This document shows, piece after piece, positions 23,641-36,338 of a DNA stretch of 64,000 nt. Source of the DNA: Blasia pusilla. Taxonomy: Eukaryota. The position numbers and the translations under genes were made by a program. Each line of letters starts with the position of its first letter. Positions within the stretch are counted from its first letter, which is position 1. The DNA is taken from the NCBI GenBank assembly GCA_050084515.1, contig CM114271.1, positions 8,990,001-9,054,000 on the forward strand, written 5' to 3'. The notes beneath the pieces are model-generated. The model saw nothing but the letters and a program-made list of their open reading frames with translations, made no database searches and was not told the DNA's origin.

Positions 23641-24040
23641 GCAACTCGTCAGACTCCGACGAGTTGCTCGATTGATGGATGGGTTAGGTTTGTTTCTACC
23701 GAAAGCAACTCGTCGGACTCCGACGGGTTGCTCGACTGCACGCTTTTTCGGATGTTTTTTTAAGATTGCAACTCGTCGGACTCCGACGACTTGTTTGATT
23801 GACCATAGATTTAACTAGTTTTTGGCCCAAAGCAAACCGTCGGAGTCCGACGGGCTGCTCGATAGGCCGCCTTGTGAGGATGTTTTTTGAAGAATGCAAC
23901 TCGTCGGACTCCGACGAGTTGTTCGAGTGATTGCAGGTTTAGAAGGTTTTTTCCCCAAAGCAACCCGTCGGACTCCAATGGGTTGCTTGCCTCGAAACTA
24001 TTTTTGGCCGAAATCAACCCGTCGGACTTCGACGGGTTGC
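23641..24040. repeat. Palindrome array in intron 2 (copy F)
   Basis: gcaactcgtcggactccgacgagttg and variants. Confidence 0.9.
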
Positions 24041-25710
24041 TTTGGGGAAAAAACCTTCTAAACCTGCAGTCACTCGAGTTTAGGAGGATACGACTGATGA
24101 AAATCAGTCTCGAGGGCTTAGAGGCCCAGAAGAGGGCGGCACACCATCCTCCGGGTGTGTCCGATCCAGTGATCTTGCATTGGCTACGCGAATGGTCATT
24201 CTGGGACGCGCTATGGTAATCGGGAAGTCCGTCGGCCGGACGGCCGCAAGCGGAGCTCGTAAGATTAGAGCCCATTTCCGGAAGCAAACCTTGAAAGTTC
24301 CGAGATTTCGAGGTTTGGCTCGACGACATCCGGGACAAGCCAACCAAAAACCCAGGATTCAAGACCATGTTCAAGGTTTGCGTCCTCCCTCAGGCAGAGC
24401 TTGACGAAGAAGTAGAGGGGAACAAACGGGATCAAGCGAAGAAGAAGCAAGATCTACAGGAGCAGAGGGCCGATTCTGTTTGACTAAAAGCTTCCCAACG
24501 GATGGTCTTCAGGTACCTTGTCCAGTGTAAGAACGCAGGTACGTGCGGAAAATTACCGGTAGCCTTGAAATTGTGGGATTCGCCGCCGGATGCAAAGACA
24601 TTCTCCATGTACGACGTGGAGATGGGGCAGCACATGTCTGATTGGGAGGTGGAGAATTGCCCCATTTGGCTCGACTTCAACGACCCTGAAGACATCACGG
24701 ATAAGGACTTACGAGTGCTTCATGATGCAATGGCCTCAGGACAAGACGACACCCCCAATTTTGTCCAGCCTGAAGCTTCTTCGGAGGAGATACAGAAGAG
24801 CAGGCCCACGAGACAGCTGAGTTGGATTCCAAGGTCCACACAGCCAAAGACAAATCCACAGCGGGTCTCAAAGGCAAGGCAAGGGGAGGGAAAAATTTAG
24901 AGGCCGAGTCTTCCCAAAGAGAGGCTGAAGATTCAAGGCCAGAGGCGGAATCGTCCGGACGAGCGAGGAGAGAGGGTTGGACCAGGTCCTCGGCAAAAAA
25001 AACGCCACCAGAATCTGAGGTCATAGAAACCCCGACAAGCCGTCCCCAGGCTAGGGAGAAGCGGAAGCGAGAGGTGCCCGGGTTGTCCCAAGGAGAATAC
25101 AGCCCATCATCCTTGGGAAGACACAGACAAACAACGACCCGGACAACGACCCGGACAACGACCCGGACCCGGAGCGTCCTCCTTCAGTTCACTCCTTTAC
25201 TGGATGAGCTGAAGAGCTTCAGTTCTCAAGCGTCAACAGCAGCCATCGAGAAATTGACAACGCTGGGACGGAAGCTCCAACAAAATGGGCATGCTGCCTA
25301 GACGGTGAATGGAGTGGTCGAAGAGGTTGCAGTGGATCTCTTGATTGCCGATATGCCCTCGGGGTTGCGACTTTGGGGCGAGAATCCGTCGGATGAGGTA
25401 CCCGAGTGGAATGTGCCGCTCTCTTATGACCAGATTGCACTTTTGTTCTCCTTTGCAGACGCCTATCTGAGTGACATGGGCTACTTCTTGGTGTTGACTC
25501 GGAGGGAGCGAGGACGAGCTCTTCAACCCTCCAAGCGTCAAGAGGTCGCTAAAGTGGAGGACGGCACAACTGTCGTGGATCATCGAAATGAGTACCCACT
25601 CCGATCCGCGACGTCAGTCGATTCGGTAAGGCTCAATTCTGTACTATAATTTCAATTATATTTTAATGATGTGTATAATGAGAGTCAATCTGGGTTTTTT
25701 TTGTCCGTGA

Positions 25711-26082
25711 GCAACCCGTCGGAAGGCGACGGGTTGCAGGCTTAGAGCAGCCCATGCTTGGCTGAGAGCAACCCGTCGGTTTTCGACGGGTTGTATCTTT
25801 CCCACATACAGGGAAAACCGCGGTGTACGTGCAACCCGACGGGTTGCAGATGCTTTTGGTTTTTCCCAGTTGATTTTGATTTTTGGATGCAACCCGTCTG
25901 ATAGCCACGGGTTGATCTCAGGCGAGCATGGGCTGCTCTAGGCCAGAAACCCGTCGCCTTCCGACGGGTTGCTCACGGACAAAAACAACGGAGCCCGACG
26001 GGTTGTTTTGTCCCTGACCAACCTGTCGGAAGGCGACGGGTTGGTCCGGGAGAAAACAACCCATCGGACTTCGACAGGTTGA
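25711..26082. repeat. Palindrome array in intron 3 (copy F; homologue at 5290-5600)
   Basis: gcaacccgtcggaaggcgacgggttgc and variants. Confidence 0.9.
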
Positions 26083-29000
26083 TCCAAAGTCAGTTATTGA
26101 AAATGTTCTCAAGGCGACTTCTTTAGTTTCTGACATTGTTTCCAACGTCTTCGATTCTAGATGGACCACTACTACGCCTCATCGCTTCGTTCGCCCGAGC
26201 ACAATTTCTAGGTGTTCAAGATCCAGGATCCTGTGGATCCATGCTCAGATGGGTATAGCTTAGATAGTTTGTACAATTCCCCCCCGGGAATTTACATGCA
26301 AGACAGTACCCCCCTTCTGGGAGGAAGGGAAAAGTCGCCAGCCTTCATGGAAACGCTCATCGAGCTCTGCTCAAGGCCGGGTGACTTGGTGTTCGACTTA
26401 GTGGGACTTTCAGGGGCAAGTATCAAAGGCGCCTGGCAGAGTGGCAGGAACATTCTCTCGCCTTGAGGGAAGGCAGAACTGCTTGACCTTTACAAGGAGG
26501 CAAAGGCGAATCACGAAAGGCTCGTTGGGGGCATAACTCTCCACGGGGCCGAAAAGCTCGGTTCCGAGCCACCCTTGGTAGTGACTCCATCGTCACTTCC
26601 AACGATTCCCAAAATCGGAGGGCAAGGCTGAAAGTGATTTTGCAAGAGCTCTTGACGATGACGAGTGAGTTCAAAGAACTCAACGACCAACCTTTGATCG
26701 GCACATTTGGAGTAGGGAGTTTTTGATAATGAGGCAAAAGATTTCATAGAATAGATCAAATGTCTGATTCAAGCTTTTTTCGGATGATATAAAGCGAGTA
26801 AGATTTTTTCGATCGATGGTGGTGCTTATAAATGTTTTCTGATCATTTTTTGTCTTTTCGAATGTGATCGTCTATGTACTCCACGGACTTCTATTTTGCA
26901 ACCCGTCGGATTTCTCTTGCTTGCAACTTTCACTTTATGACCATCGCAACCCGCCGGATTTCTCCTCCTTGCAACTTTTGCTTTTTGACCATCGCACCCT
27001 TTTTACCACCTCCAGGCAACTCCGTCTGATTCCGACAGTTGCCCGATCGGACCCTTTCCTGTTGGTCCAACTTAAGAGGCGATCTGGCGGGCTTCTTCCC
27101 TTGGCACCTTCCCTCAACTCGTAAAGGCGCGAGGCTTCTTTTCTTCTCTCGACGCATTGATTCCTTCTACCTGTGCGGTTGCCATAATGGTATTACCGGG
27201 GACGGAGCAGATATTGATACTAGATGGGTGTCACATTGCAGAGCGTGCAAGGTATACTGCCGAGGAAGGTGGTGGGACTCGAGATAGGTTACATGGGACC
27301 GTTATGGTGTACCTAGGGGGGGGCCAAGGCTCTCGACCCGCCAACATTTTCGATCCCCGTCTACAATCGGCCGAGGAGCCACTTGAATCCCGGGACATTC
27401 CTTTGGTATGCATCACCGAGGAGAGTTAGGAGTAAATTTGTAGATGACGAGGCTAAAGAAATCATAGACTAGGTGAAATGTACATTTTCGAGGTTCCTTC
27501 GGAGGTAATAAAGACGAGATTTTTTCAACCCATAATGGTGTTTGTAAAAGTTTGTTGGAATATGTTTTTGGACTTGTGGATTGTGTTCTTTTAGCTACTC
27601 GTAATTACACCGCAACCCGTATGATTCCGACTTTTTGCTTTTTGCCCACTGCAACTTTTTAACCATTTCCAGGCAACCTGTCGGATTCCGAGAGGTTGAC
27701 TGCTTGAGTGATCGGACTCTATCCCGGTGAGACCAACTTCTGGCGCATTATGGCGGGCTTCTTGAATTTTGGCTCGTTCCCCTTCATTCGTCCAACCAGT
27801 TGTAGGCTTCTTTTCTTGTCTAAGATGTGCAGGATTCCTACTACCTGTCGGATTGCCATTTCGGATTCCCAACCCGTTAGATCGTCGTGGGTGCAGGGTA
27901 GAAGAAAATCACTTCTAAAAATCTTTCCTCTTTTATGGTGAGCTTTCTTATGGGTTGGGAGGGGTGGAGCTTCTCGGTTTCTCAGCCTTAGGATCTGATT
28001 TGTTCACATTTCAGAAAGTTGGTCTTGAGCAGACACCATTCATAACCGACAAAAAGTTGGTTATGGGGCAATTTAGGGGAGGCCATGATGCAGGCAACAA
28101 TCCCTGCAAAAAGAGAGGTACCCATCCGGGTGGTCCTCCAACAAAAATACCAAGGGCACTGCTTTTTGTTGACCGAGACAGGGAATGTTAAGAAACTTAG
28201 GCTCACATGGAGAGTGATGGAAAAATGTTTAGGGTGGTCTTATGATGTCTCCTTTTTTCTCGCCCCCACGAAAGAGGAGGTTTTTTTAGGGCCAAATATG
28301 GACCACTAAATACTCTCTTCTAAAGATTTCCTGAATTTTAAAGCAAACAAAAATTTCAAATATGTCAAAAAGTTTTGAAGAGAGGAGGCGGATTTGGCCT
28401 TTTTTTTTTTAAAGAGAGACTCTCCTCTCTTCCTCTCTTCCTCTCCTCTCTTACTCTCTCCTGACAGAATACCAGCCCCCGTATGAGAGGGGCATGGCAG
28501 AGTCGGAGGAACATTCTCTGCCTTGAGGGAAGGCCTGAACTTTTTGACCTTTGCAAAGAGGCAAAGGCAGATTACGAGAGGCTGGTGGGAGTACACAGCT
28601 CGCCTCCAAAGCCAAGTGCTCCAGCTGCAGAGCCTCCATTGGTAGTCACACCATCATCACTTCCTGCAATTTTGAACATTGAGAGGGCAAGACGGATGGT
28701 AATTCTGGAAGAGCTCTTGGACGATGACGAGTGAGTTGAAATATTTCTCGAGTTCAATCGATTGAAGCCTTTTGGAGTTGGGATTTAGGGGTTTCAAGCG
28801 ACGGAGCACATATTGATATTGGATGGGTGTCACCTTGTAGAGCATACAAGATTTATTTCCATGGAAGGCATTGGGACTCAAATCATCACACATGGGACCA
28901 AGATGGTGTACCTAGGGGGGAGCTAAGGCTCTCGAACTCCCCTACATTCTCAATCCCCATCTACAATCGGCTAGAGAAGCCACTTGTATCCCAAGACATT

Positions 29001-29231
29001 CCTTTTGTATAGGAACCTAGGAAAGTTAGGAGTAAATTTTTAAATGATGAGGCTGAAGAAATCATAGACAATTTGAAATGTAAATTTCGGAGTTTCCCTC
29101 AAATGTAATAAAAGACTTTTTGTTTTTCTACACCGATGGTTTCTGAAGAGTTTCAGAATTGTTGTGCTTCTATGTTTGGTTGAGCTCGTCCTTGATTGTG
29201 TCTTGATGTCTGTACTGGATGGTCTTTATTT

Positions 29232-30452
29232 TGCAACCCGTTAAATTCCAACAGGTTGCAAACCAAAGACAAAGTTTGCAACTTGTCGGATTCCGACAGG
29301 TTGCAAACCAAAGACCGGGTTTGCAACTTTTCGAATTCCAACAAGTTGTAAGAGTTAATATTGTTTCTTCTCTTCTTATTTCTCCCCTCTAGGACTTTTT
29401 TGTAATTTTTTTCTGATTGACTTGAATAGTCTATGATTTTGTTTCTCCTTTGCTGTGGTAATCTCTAGTGGACATCTTTTTTTCATCTTCCAACCCGTTG
29501 GCCGACAGGTTGCAAGCCAAAAATGGAACTTGGATGACTCAAGATGTATGCATAAATTCTCGTGTCTTGCGATATTTGCAAACCAAGTTGACCAAGTTAC
29601 AACCGAGACTCTCTTGCAACCTTATTTTTAACCCCATTTTGTGTCATCCAATCAGGCAAGTTGTCGGATTCTGATAGGTTGCATGTGAGGATGATTGGCT
29701 TCTTAGCGTTTCATTCTCTTTATTTTCTATTCTTCATGTATCTCTTATGCATTTTTCACTTTTAACGTCCTCCAATCGGTCGGATTCCGAAAAGTTGGCT
29801 GCTTGAGCATTTTCTTTTCATGTTTGTCCATCCTTTTAGGCATTCTGGAAGGCTTCTTCACTTTTGCCCCGTTCCCCCATTATCTTCAAACCATTATTCT
29901 CTAACACGTTATTTCTGAGACCTGTCAGATTCCTACAACTTGCCGGATTTTGACATGTTGCATGACTCAGGTTGATTGGCTTCTAATCCAACAAGTTGCA
30001 TGAATCAGGTTGATTTCCTTCTAATCGTTTCATTTGTTGGGTTTTCTATTCTTTATTTGGCTCTTTTGCATTTTCCACTTTTGACGTCCTCTTGTCCACT
30101 CCTGAAATCTGCCACAATACTAGCCCACCTCTTCCATGCATGCCTACTCGTTGGTGACTCTAGGAACATCTTCTAGATTGATGCCATGTCTTGCAACAAG
30201 TCTGATTCTAACAGGTTGTACAAGTTCAAACCTCGTAACAACTTTGATTTAGTTATTTTATCTTGCAACCTGTTGGATTGCGACAAGTTGGAAGATAAAG
30301 ACAAAAATGATATTACTTGCAAGTTGTCGAATTGCGACACGTTGCAAACATTGTTAATGATTTCATTTTCGTTCAGAACATGGACTTATGTCTCTAAAGT
30401 GTTCCTCATATTGTCATATCTTGCAACCTGTCGGATTCTAATGGGTTGCAAC
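29232..30452. repeat. Decayed palindromes in right arm of copy E
   Basis: ttgcaacttgtcggattccgacaggttgcaa and variants. Confidence 0.75.
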
Positions 30453-31136
30453 GCAGAATGGAACCACTCGTCAAGATCCTTCTTCAAATGGATATGAAGT
30501 TTCCACAACTTTGGAAGATGACATGCAAGCTGGGATGAATCCTAATCTTGTTTCCTCTTGCTCCCCCATTTTCTTCAAACCATACTTTTGGAAAATCTGA
30601 TTTTTTTAGAGGTTGCAAGCTTCTCTCATGAGATTCCCTTGCAAATATGAATTCTTAACTCTGTCATTTTTCACAATTTATACCACAATTTTCAATTCAC
30701 TCTTTGCAACTTCCAACCGCCTCCTTCTCGTTTCCTTCATTGTATTGGCTTCCTTCACAAGTCTGTCATGACTGGTTGTTAGATTTTCTCAAAGTTTTGG
30801 GGATGAGGGTGGGAGTCTTGGATAAAGAGCCCACTGTAGCGTATTTTCAAATACGAGGATGCAACTGGTGTTTATTAGTAAATCCTTGTTCTGCAAATAG
30901 TTTTGTACCCTTAAAATTGTCTCCAGATGATTATGTAATTATAATATACCCTGTGGCTGGCTTACCATTTTGTTGGCTCATAGTCCAAATTCAGAACAAA
31001 GTTGGAAAAATGGGGTTAGTTTTGGCCCCAATCTGGTCCACTTGTTACTCTCTTGTGAGTTTTTTTGCATTTGAAAGAGAGAAAAATATAAAGAAATGTC
31101 ATGAAGTTTTGAAGAGAGGAGGCAGATTTGGCCTTG

Positions 31137-32973
31137 GCAACGTTTTTCCAATCGAATTGGACTCTTACCTCGGGAGAGCTTCTCGGGGAAGTTTGATCTT
31201 CTGCTGCGGCCGCCAAATTCAAGAAACAGGGGTTCCAGTATCGAGGCCAACCAAAAAATTGGACTCCGGATGATTGGAGGGCAACGTATATGCTTCCTGC
31301 TGCTCTTGAGTATGAATATGACACCGACTTGTTGGTGAAGCAGGAAGATCTGCTGGCGTTGGGATATGTGACGTCGGATCGCTTAGGAAGGAATGGCTAT
31401 AAAGCTACATCCTTGTCCCCACTCTTGTTCGGACAATTCTGCAAGCACTTGATGGCCTTGTTCTTGATGGCCTTTTTTTATCGAAGTGCATCATCCTTCC
31501 TGTTCTACCCTACTCGTTCTTACTACTTGACTAATAAGTTTGTCAAGATGTGCTATGTGTTGTGGAATCAACATTTGGAACCCGAAGCACTAGGTGTAGA
31601 CTTTGCATCCTTCTTGGAAGGAAAAGTGCGCGGGATGATCAAAGCACTTCATCCGAGTACAAAGCCTTTCTTATCGCCTTTCTTAATCCATTTTTATATT
31701 CATAAGCAGGAACAGACAGCGGATGAGGCACTGCATTGGGTGCAATTGACTCTAGTGCGCATGCCAAAGATGGATGACACTTTTGCTTCAGGTAGCCGCA
31801 AAGTCACGCGGACTCACAAAGCAAGTCGGAGGTGACAACAACCTTGTTCTTCTTCGGGGAAAGACAAAGATCGACCCAAGGTACCAAGACTGAAGCGCGG
31901 AAGGGTAAACTTTGAGATGCCTTCGGACACAGACCCTCCACCACTAGAAGATCCAGTTAAGACACCAAGCAGTCACGACGCCTCCCACACTCTTTGTCAC
32001 ATGTCGAGGACTTCAACTTCATCTTCTGTGGTTTTTGAATCTGGCCATACCAATCATGAACCACCTATAGAAGATATTACGCATGGGCGATGAGGCAAGA
32101 GCGGAACAATATATCTAGGTGATCAGTGACCTTGATAGCAACACACAGTCTTTGTTAGAAAACAAAGCGGAGTGAAGCGTGCTATAGCAACAGCTCGAGC
32201 TTTGCAATCAAGAGTTTGATGACACTAAGGCAACACTTTGTAAAGCTCAAACCGAGCTGGTACGAGGGTAGTATAAATCCTCGAATGCATGCCAATGGGA
32301 AAGTTTGGTAATCAATAAAGAGTTTGGGGCGGATCAGTTGGTTGCGCAAGTCACGCAAGCTTTGCAGTTGATTCGGTAGTATCAACAACAAGTGGCTCTT
32401 CTACAAATAGAATTCAAGAAAGTAGCAGGGCATAACGCTCACATGTCCAAATTACTACAAGATCAGAAAGAAACCAACACCGACTTGGTTGCACAATGGT
32501 CGGAAGCCACACTGAGGATCTCCATCTTGAAAGCAGAACAAAAGCTTCTAAACAAAGTGCAGTTGGACCCCGAAGATGTTAAAGAGATCGTGGAGGAGGC
32601 CGGGAAGAACTTTGAACAAGAGATGATCAAAGAAATAGCATATGTCAACAAACACTAGAAACGCCAATTTGATAACCACGCGAAGCCACTTCTAGAAGCA
32701 TCACCAACCATTACGGTCGCACTTGAAGAACTTCCTCCATTTACACCCTCGGATGCCTTAGTCTAGAACAAAGTGCTTGGAACTTTTTTGGTCGTTGTTA
32801 AGTGGCAAGAGAAAATGAGGAATCACACGCCCAACATCATCAACAAACCTTCGACTATTCATGGTCGTTTTCCCCTTGTCCATGAGTTTGAAGGATTAGA
32901 AGATACATTTATGGACTTAGATGTAGAACAATGAAGTGCTTGGCAGGGCGGCTCACATTTGAGGGAGGGGGTA
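31137..32973 (+). mobile_element. 3' internal region of an Athila-like Ty3 element, ending in a PPT
   Basis: Purine tract GAGGGAGGGGG at 32961-32971 just before the LTR. Contains a broken accessory ORF (31290-31835, then coiled-coil-like 32392-32658). Confidence 0.6.
31290..31835 (+). pseudogene. Fragment of retrotransposon accessory ORF, function unknown
   Basis: 181-aa ORF ending in FLSPFLIHFY, located upstream of the PPT. Reading continues in broken frames to about 32930. Confidence 0.45.
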
Positions 32974-34409
32974 TGTGATACCCACAATTTTTTAAATTTT
33001 CAGATTAATAAATTTTTTATTCAACATGAGTATGGATCTCTTCAAGGATGAAGACTATTTGAAGTAAAGTTTGTATATACAAGACTGTCTTGAATATTAT
33101 TTTTGCATATTGGATATTATAAGGAGTATTGGAGTGGATCACGAAGTTCCTCGGATAAGGCGGAGAGGTGGAACATCAAGGATTTGCCTTGGAGGAGGGG
33201 GAAATGAGGTAACGAAGTCTAAAGACCAAGAGAGAAGCTCGAAAAAGACAACGAAGCACAAATAAAGAACCTGTTACTGAAGTATTTTGCTCTTCAATGA
33301 AGCTACAAGATGAGATACAAAGTACTTAGAGAGAAGACGAAGACTAAGGCACTTCACACATCAACGAAGAGCTTCGTCTGAAGACGAAGAAGAAGAAGCA
33401 GAAGTACTTCGCTCTTTAACAAAGCACTTGAAGCAGTAGTGCTTCGCGGAAGAACGAAGAGGGAAGAACAAAGCACTTGGAACAAGCGCGAAGAATGCAG
33501 CGCTTTGTCTTTGGAAGAAGAGAGAGAACTTCGTCCTTGAAGGAAGAAGAAGAGGTCCCGACTTGGCATTGAAGAAAAGACTCGTCGTGATTTCAAGCGG
33601 CACACTATGAGAGTAGTTAGACTAAGAAGAGGCGTGACTTTTTGGTGCAGATAGGAAGGTAGGACAGTTAAGACCAGCGGATTCGTATGGATCACAGTAA
33701 GAGTCAAGAGAATTGTAGATTTAAGTAGTTAAGAGATCCCAATAGGTGCTTACTTAGCAAGAAGCACTTCAGATCATTGGTACTGATGTTGTTTGGAAGG
33801 ATATTTAAGAATCGTCAACGTAGGGATCAACATCATTCTCTTACAAAGTCCTTATGCTGTAGGAATGGTCTGAGGAAGGGAGTAGTATACTCTTGTGCTT
33901 GTATACACTTTGCAGCTTTGTTATTCTTGATGGAATAGTAAAGAACCTATTTCTTCATTCTAATGTGCGATGCATATGTTTGAGAATTCTTATTGGCTCT
34001 AAAGAGTGAGGAGTGAATTGGGAGAACAACTTTCACCCATAGAATAATCAACTTTGAGATGTGAGAAATCTCTTTGACTGAGAGTAGCATGCCAAGACGA
34101 ATTGAATTCTGAAAGTAGAAGAAGCCATCTTCTTGTTGAGATCTCTATGAGGTTCTTTGGTGTTGAGTGAAGATTTTCATGAGCGTGAATTCAATTCCAC
34201 TAGTGATAATCGAGGAAAAAAATCGTGGTACTAATGGAGAGAAGAATATAATGATAACTGATTGAATCCGAATTGTATACACTTAACTACAACTATTGCA
34301 AGATAAACACCAATTTAAACTCTCTTTTCAAATAATCGTGATCCTCTTGGGGATCAAACTCATTAAATTACCCTAAAAAGATCAATTCTTATAATTCTTG
34401 TACATTACA
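32974..34409 (+). repeat. LTR of Athila-like family (TGTGATACCC...TACATTACA)
   Basis: Homologous to 36339-37566, 48025-48484 and 63208-63486. PPT upstream, PBS downstream. Confidence 0.88.
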
Positions 34410-34425
34410 TATAACCACAAATTCT

Positions 34426-34442
34426 TGGCGCCGCTGCTAGGG
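34426..34442 (+). promoter_or_regulatory. tRNA-Asp-type primer-binding site, followed by a decayed leader/gag start (to ~35110)
   Basis: TGGCGCCGCTGCTAGGG resembles the Athila PBS TGGCGCCGTTGCCGGGGA. Downstream sequence is homologous to 63520-63850. Confidence 0.75.
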
Positions 34443-35111
34443 ATCATAAGATTAGATGAAAAGGAAAAGGCTGATGGATAACCCTCGCCCGGAGGGAGAA
34501 GCCTTGCCACTATGAGACCCAACCACCTAGGTCTCATAGATGAGCATCTCCTATCCCTAGCTATCCCCCTTACATAGTGCATAAAAGAAGATAGCGATCT
34601 TCTTGCAAAATTAGTATTAGAAAAGATAGAAAAATTAATTAGTCTTTTCAAAGAACCCATCGCCAAACGGTGCTTCGTCCATGAACATCAGTTGTACCTG
34701 GTGATGACCCCGTACTTCTATTTATGGGAGAAAAACCTGGCAGGTAGATTGAGTGCACATCCACACACCCGTAGAAATTAAGAAAATCCAACTTTCTCTC
34801 TATGGAGCAATATCCCGTAGCAATCTATATCACGAATCCCAAGGGATACTCATGGAAGATTGTTGGCCATCAACTAGAGATAAGTGAGTTGAATGACGCA
34901 ACAAGCAACAAGAAGATCATCCGTCTTGGAAACTGCTAGGTTTATCCCCCAATCTTCATCCTCGTACAAAGCCGAAGATCAAGAAGAAGGATAGGAGTGC
35001 GTTCCCCTGAACGTCTCATGTCACTTCCCTGTCGGACAACAAGTCAACCTGGAATCGTGTAATATAGAACTCAAGGAAAAATATACTCTTTCTATCGCAA
35101 AGTACTAAGTT

Positions 35112-36323
35112 TGTTCCCAAGAGACCACTGTTTCCTGAGTCAAGAGAGGTTTTATAAAGAATATCAAGAATAAACTCCTTCTTTACTAAAATGTTTCACT
35201 GACTCCAATAACTAAATCTTCACTGAGACAAAAGAACAAAATGATTTTATTTCCTCTTGGAAAAGAATCTTCTCAAGTGCCCACGAAGACTCTTGCGAAT
35301 CTTGAATAACAAAGCTCCGCGAAGACCTCAAAGAGACCTCAAGAATGGCGACTCACCCCACTTTCAGAACTAAATCTATCATGGCAGGTTACTCATTGTC
35401 TAACTGCTTTCCTACGCTTCTTCTTGATTATCTTCTAGAATTTTGAAACTACAAGACTCAACTCTCATCTCTACTACAGCCCAATAGGATCCACATTCAA
35501 TTCCGCACCTCATAAAGAATGAGAGAAGACTCTTTTCTACATCAAAGAGTGGAAAGAACTAGAAAAGTATTAAAACCTTCAGAAAGTAAAAGACTCTTCA
35601 GCTTGGAGCATCCCTCAACAAAACTTCCTACACACTCACCAAGATTATTGGGAAACTCAAGATACACAGAACAGTATTGAGGAATTCAATACACAAGGGA
35701 ATGATCCCTTCTTCTACTAATTTGCTCTTTAAATAGTCTTTTACAATCCCTGATTGCTTTTCCTATTCTAATCTAGATTTCTAACTACTAATCCTAACCT
35801 ACTCTATTCAGATTCTCCAACCCTTCATCTTCTTAAGTCGGTTGGTTACCTCGGAGATTTATTTTTTCTCCCTTTAAACGGCTACGCCGCTCCATTTCCG
35901 GCTTCCTTTAAACCGCTATGACATTCCATTTTCGACTTTTGAAACTGCCGCGAAGGTTTAGTCTTCACAGTCTTTGTTGTCTTTCTCTTCACGATCCTAT
36001 CTTCGCAGTCCTATCTTCGCACGAAGACTCCTTTGGGACTTTGGCTGCAAAGAAGTTCTTTACAGGTGGTTTTCGTTTAACATGCTTTAGAGCCGTTTTC
36101 ACTCCTCCAAGACACTTCCCTGATCTTCCAATCTCCTTGCCTTCTCAATGGAGTTTCACTAACTAGCCTTATCAAGTACTCTTCCAACTATTTCTCTTCC
36201 TCTATTCATATTTAAAATCTTCTATGAAATCTTTAATCTTCAGTCTTCCTTCCTAAAGACTTACACCTATTTATGTACAAAAACATAAAAAATACTAAAT
36301 TCTCACAAGAGTGGATTATTACA
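35112..36323. repeat. Putative LTR of a further Ty3 element (TGTT...TACA)
   Basis: TG...CA-bounded AT-rich segment upstream of the gag at 37668. Single copy in the window, so boundaries and orientation are unverified. Confidence 0.4.
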
Positions 36324-36338
36324 AATCCCTTTGGGGAC

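Larger units (their letters stand above)
22400..26668 (+). pseudogene. ParB-MTase gene, copy F (exon 2 at 23147-23619; 5' part of exon 3 deleted; exon 4 at 26161-26668)
   Basis: ORF 23147-23530 has RIPLCRL..EIQSDEDIAKLKQS..PPFYVQP..IWDGNHR. Many indels downstream. Start is approximate. Confidence 0.8.
18511..28480 (+). mobile_element. DNA element copy F with both termini (9970 bp), Mutator-like, 10-bp TSD GTATGAGAGG
   Basis: TSD at 18501-18510 and 28481-28490. Subterminal inverted GTAAGAG(AG)GAGAGGAAGAGAGGAAGAGAGGAGAG at both ends. End points agree with copies A, B and C. Confidence 0.92.
13544..28734 (+). pseudogene. ParB-MTase gene, copy E: exons ~13544-14179, 14279-14751, ~15730-17727, 18242-18510 + 28491-28734
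   Basis: FFIWDGNQKY, DLLIGDLPSG, LMELCSRPGDLVFDLVGLLGAS. Many stops. Start codon not determined. Confidence 0.8.
12458..31136 (+). mobile_element. DNA element copy E (divergent subfamily), split by copy F into 12458-18510 and 28481-31136
   Basis: Homologous exons and introns. The exon-4 frame GASMRG|AWQSRRNIL rejoins across the insertion. Right-end-like sequence at 31015-31136. Confidence 0.85.

Noticed and set aside
25131-25172. 12-bp tandem repeat ACAACGACCCGG
   Set aside because: In-frame slippage private to copy F, with no sign of function.
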